Positions 5,181 to 6,413 of a stretch of DNA of 6,413 bases are shown in pieces (positions within the stretch are counted from its first letter, which is position 1; each line of letters opens with the position of its first letter). Made by a program: the position numbers and the translations under genes. The notes beneath the pieces were generated by a model. It was not told the DNA's origin and ran no database searches. It saw nothing but the letters and a program-made list of their open reading frames with translations. The DNA is from a virus. The stretch is from IMG/VR virus record IMGVR_UViG_3300045988_000049, positions 1 to 6,413 of that record; one strand, 5' to 3'.

Positions 5181-5304
5181 GGTATGCGCGCGCGACAAGT
5201 CCAATGAACCTAGTACTAATAATTGATTAAATATTATAACAAGGTTCTAATATTTAACAATTATTACTACTAGAACCCTTGGAGCAAGTCACGCACACAT
5301 GCCT
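5180..5304. other. Long imperfect hairpin (inverted repeat) in the VP1-to-VP3 intergenic region
   Basis: Inner arms 5210..5235 and 5249..5273 form 24 Watson-Crick pairs with one bulge and one mismatch, around a 13-nt loop (5236..5248). A middle 5-bp helix pairs tccaa (5200..5204) with ttgga (5279..5283). Outer GC-rich arms 5180..5196 and 5288..5304 give 13 WC pairs of 17; the 3 C:A mismatches on the plus strand become G:T wobbles on the gene-sense strand. Confidence 0.65.
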
Positions 5305-5346
5305 TAAAGATGCAATGTCGGAAGAAAAAAAGAAAAAATTATTTTC

Positions 5347-6413
5347 TTAATCTAGTCGCGGTATTGCAACACGGCTGATTGGTAATCGGGCAGTCGCGTT
5401 AAACTTGACGTATCCGAAAATTTTGTCATCATATTCCGTAACGCTGAATACCTGATTAACCGTGTCAGGATCAACAAGCAAAAATTGTTGACCAAGTTGA
5501 GGTAATCCGGAGAACACACGAGACATAACGAAATTTTTCATATTAGTACGGAATAAACCGTGTGCACTATCATACTTAGCAACATATTCATACCACGGAC
5601 GTTGATAACCAAACGTTTTATTCAATTGGTCAGTGCTATCATTTACAACAATATTCATTGGGCAAATTTCCTTATACGTGACAGGTTGGAAACCAATGCG
5701 GTCAAATTCAGGTTGATAGTGGTCTAACAGACCGTTGTATGTAAAATCTTTAGGTAACAATTGTGAATAAATAGGCACAGGGGTTACAGTCAACAAGCCG
5801 ATAATATAAGATTCTTCGTCGCAGAATACCTCAATATTATTAGAAGTATTACCATAAACTCCAGCGATGCCGGTTTTCGAACCAAGAGCTTCAGCGTATT
5901 GACCTTGAGACGTAGAACCTTGTTGGTCAACAGTCTGTTCAACGGTACGCATAGACAATTCACGGGAAATACCTCCAATAAATTCAGGCATAAGGAGTTC
6001 GTCAAATCGGATGTCAATATCCCAACGACCTTGCATGATTTGTTTATAGGAGAATCCTTTACGCATGTTAAGTTCCAGGAATTTCTGGTAAGCGTTAACA
6101 TAACGGAGAGTTTCAATTGTGAAACCTGAACCTTGTTCTGTCGCAAGAGCAGCCAACTCGGCATAAGAATTAATAGCAGTTACAGGTGTTTTTTCCGAAA
6201 CAGGGTCATAATCAACACCGACAAGACGCTCACCGTCTTCGGATACTCTATAAGAGACGCCATATTTAGCACCATCCTCATCGACAAGAACGGTCTGTTT
6301 TTGTACGGAGTAAGTTCCATCCTCAGAACGGGTAACAACGTCTCCGACAGTAAGACCGACAAGAGGAGCATTCGCACCTTGTTGCGGATTCGGTACAGCG
6401 GTAGTCAAGAAAT
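5347..6413 (-). CDS. VP1: Major capsid protein VP1, 3' portion (aa 381-733 from the track ORF; 6359..6413 duplicates 1..55). Stop TAA at 5349..5347.
   Basis: Track ORF 5347..6408. Its 'M' is a TTG codon (6408..6406) that is an internal Leu381 of VP1. It contains capsid-family blocks: TIETLRYVNAYQKFLELNMRKG, PEFIGG, FCDEESYIIGLLTVTP, YQRPWYEYVAKYDSAHGLF. Confidence 0.95.
   Translation of the reverse strand, partial: FLTTAVPNPQQGANAPLVGLTVGDVVTRSEDGTYSVQKQTVLVDEDGAKYGVSYRVSEDGERLVGVDYDPVSEKTPVTAINSYAELAALATEQGSGFTIETLRYVNAYQKFLELNMRKGFSYKQIMQGRWDIDIRFDELLMPEFIGGISRELSMRTVEQTVDQQGSTSQGQYAEALGSKTGIAGVYGNTSNNIEVFCDEESYIIGLLTVTPVPIYSQLLPKDFTYNGLLDHYQPEFDRIGFQPVTYKEICPMNIVVNDSTDQLNKTFGYQRPWYEYVAKYDSAHGLFRTNMKNFVMSRVFSGLPQLGQQFLLVDPDTVNQVFSVTEYDDKIFGYVKFNATARLPISRVAIPRLD
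6359..6413. repeat. Terminal direct repeat, copy 2 (identical to 1..55)
   Basis: Same 55-mer as 1..55. Position 6413 is equivalent to 55, so 6414 would be 56. Confidence 0.97.

Noticed and set aside
5899-6129. 76-aa plus-strand ORF antisense to VP1
   Set aside because: It is antisense to the capsid gene and has no supporting signal.
5790-6164. 124-aa same-strand +1-frame ORF inside VP1, plus a 65-aa ORF at 6180..6377
   Set aside because: The product is Leu-rich and low-complexity with no clear domain or TM organisation. Shifted frames in this genome repeatedly give such ORFs, so chance is the simpler explanation. It ranks lower than the VP4-embedded ORF.
1-6413. Scan for tRNA, rRNA, CRISPR arrays, IS or transposon ends, an integrase, and a dif-like Xer site
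   Set aside because: I saw no cloverleaf-capable segments, no regularly spaced repeat-spacer arrays, and no recombinase-like ORF. The inverted repeats found have a 13-nt loop rather than the 6-nt-spacer, 11-nt-arm layout of dif sites, so I make no integration claim.

Overview
This window is a complete, circularly permuted Microviridae (ssDNA phage) genome. The first 55 nt (1..55) are identical to the last 55 nt (6359..6413), so the unit circle is 6358 nt. All credible genes lie on the window's minus strand, as expected for a microvirus, so the packaged, mRNA-sense strand is probably the reverse complement of what is shown. Going down the minus strand, the order is: VP4 rolling-circle Rep (3353..1998); an AT-rich regulatory gap with direct repeats (1997..1730); three tightly coupled small ORFs (1729..1193); the major capsid protein VP1 (1190..1, continuing across the junction to 6358..5347; 733 aa); a 353-nt structured intergenic region (5346..4994); a small VP3-position protein (4993..4670); the VP2 pilot/minor capsid protein (4667..3519); and a GC-rich terminator hairpin (3513..3495). 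The ORF track misses the 5' 1190 nt of the capsid gene because it runs off the window edge. Several of the track's 'M' starts are really TTG or GTG codons. The genome size, the very large VP1 (733 aa) and VP4 (about 451 aa), and Bacteroidetes-type TAnnTTTG promoter boxes point to an Alpavirinae-like, Bacteroidales-associated microvirus; this is inference only, since no database search was possible. I saw no integrase, recognisable lysin, tRNA, CRISPR array or IS element. The items most worth follow-up are: the uncharacterised three-ORF cassette, including a 65-aa N-terminal transmembrane protein that is a lysis candidate; a 110-aa hydrophobic ORF overprinted in the +1 frame on the Rep catalytic core; a 125-nt imperfect hairpin plus three triloop hairpins downstream of VP1, which are candidate replication-origin or leader structures; iteron-like CTTAGAA repeats; and a roughly 190-aa insertion in the capsid protein.
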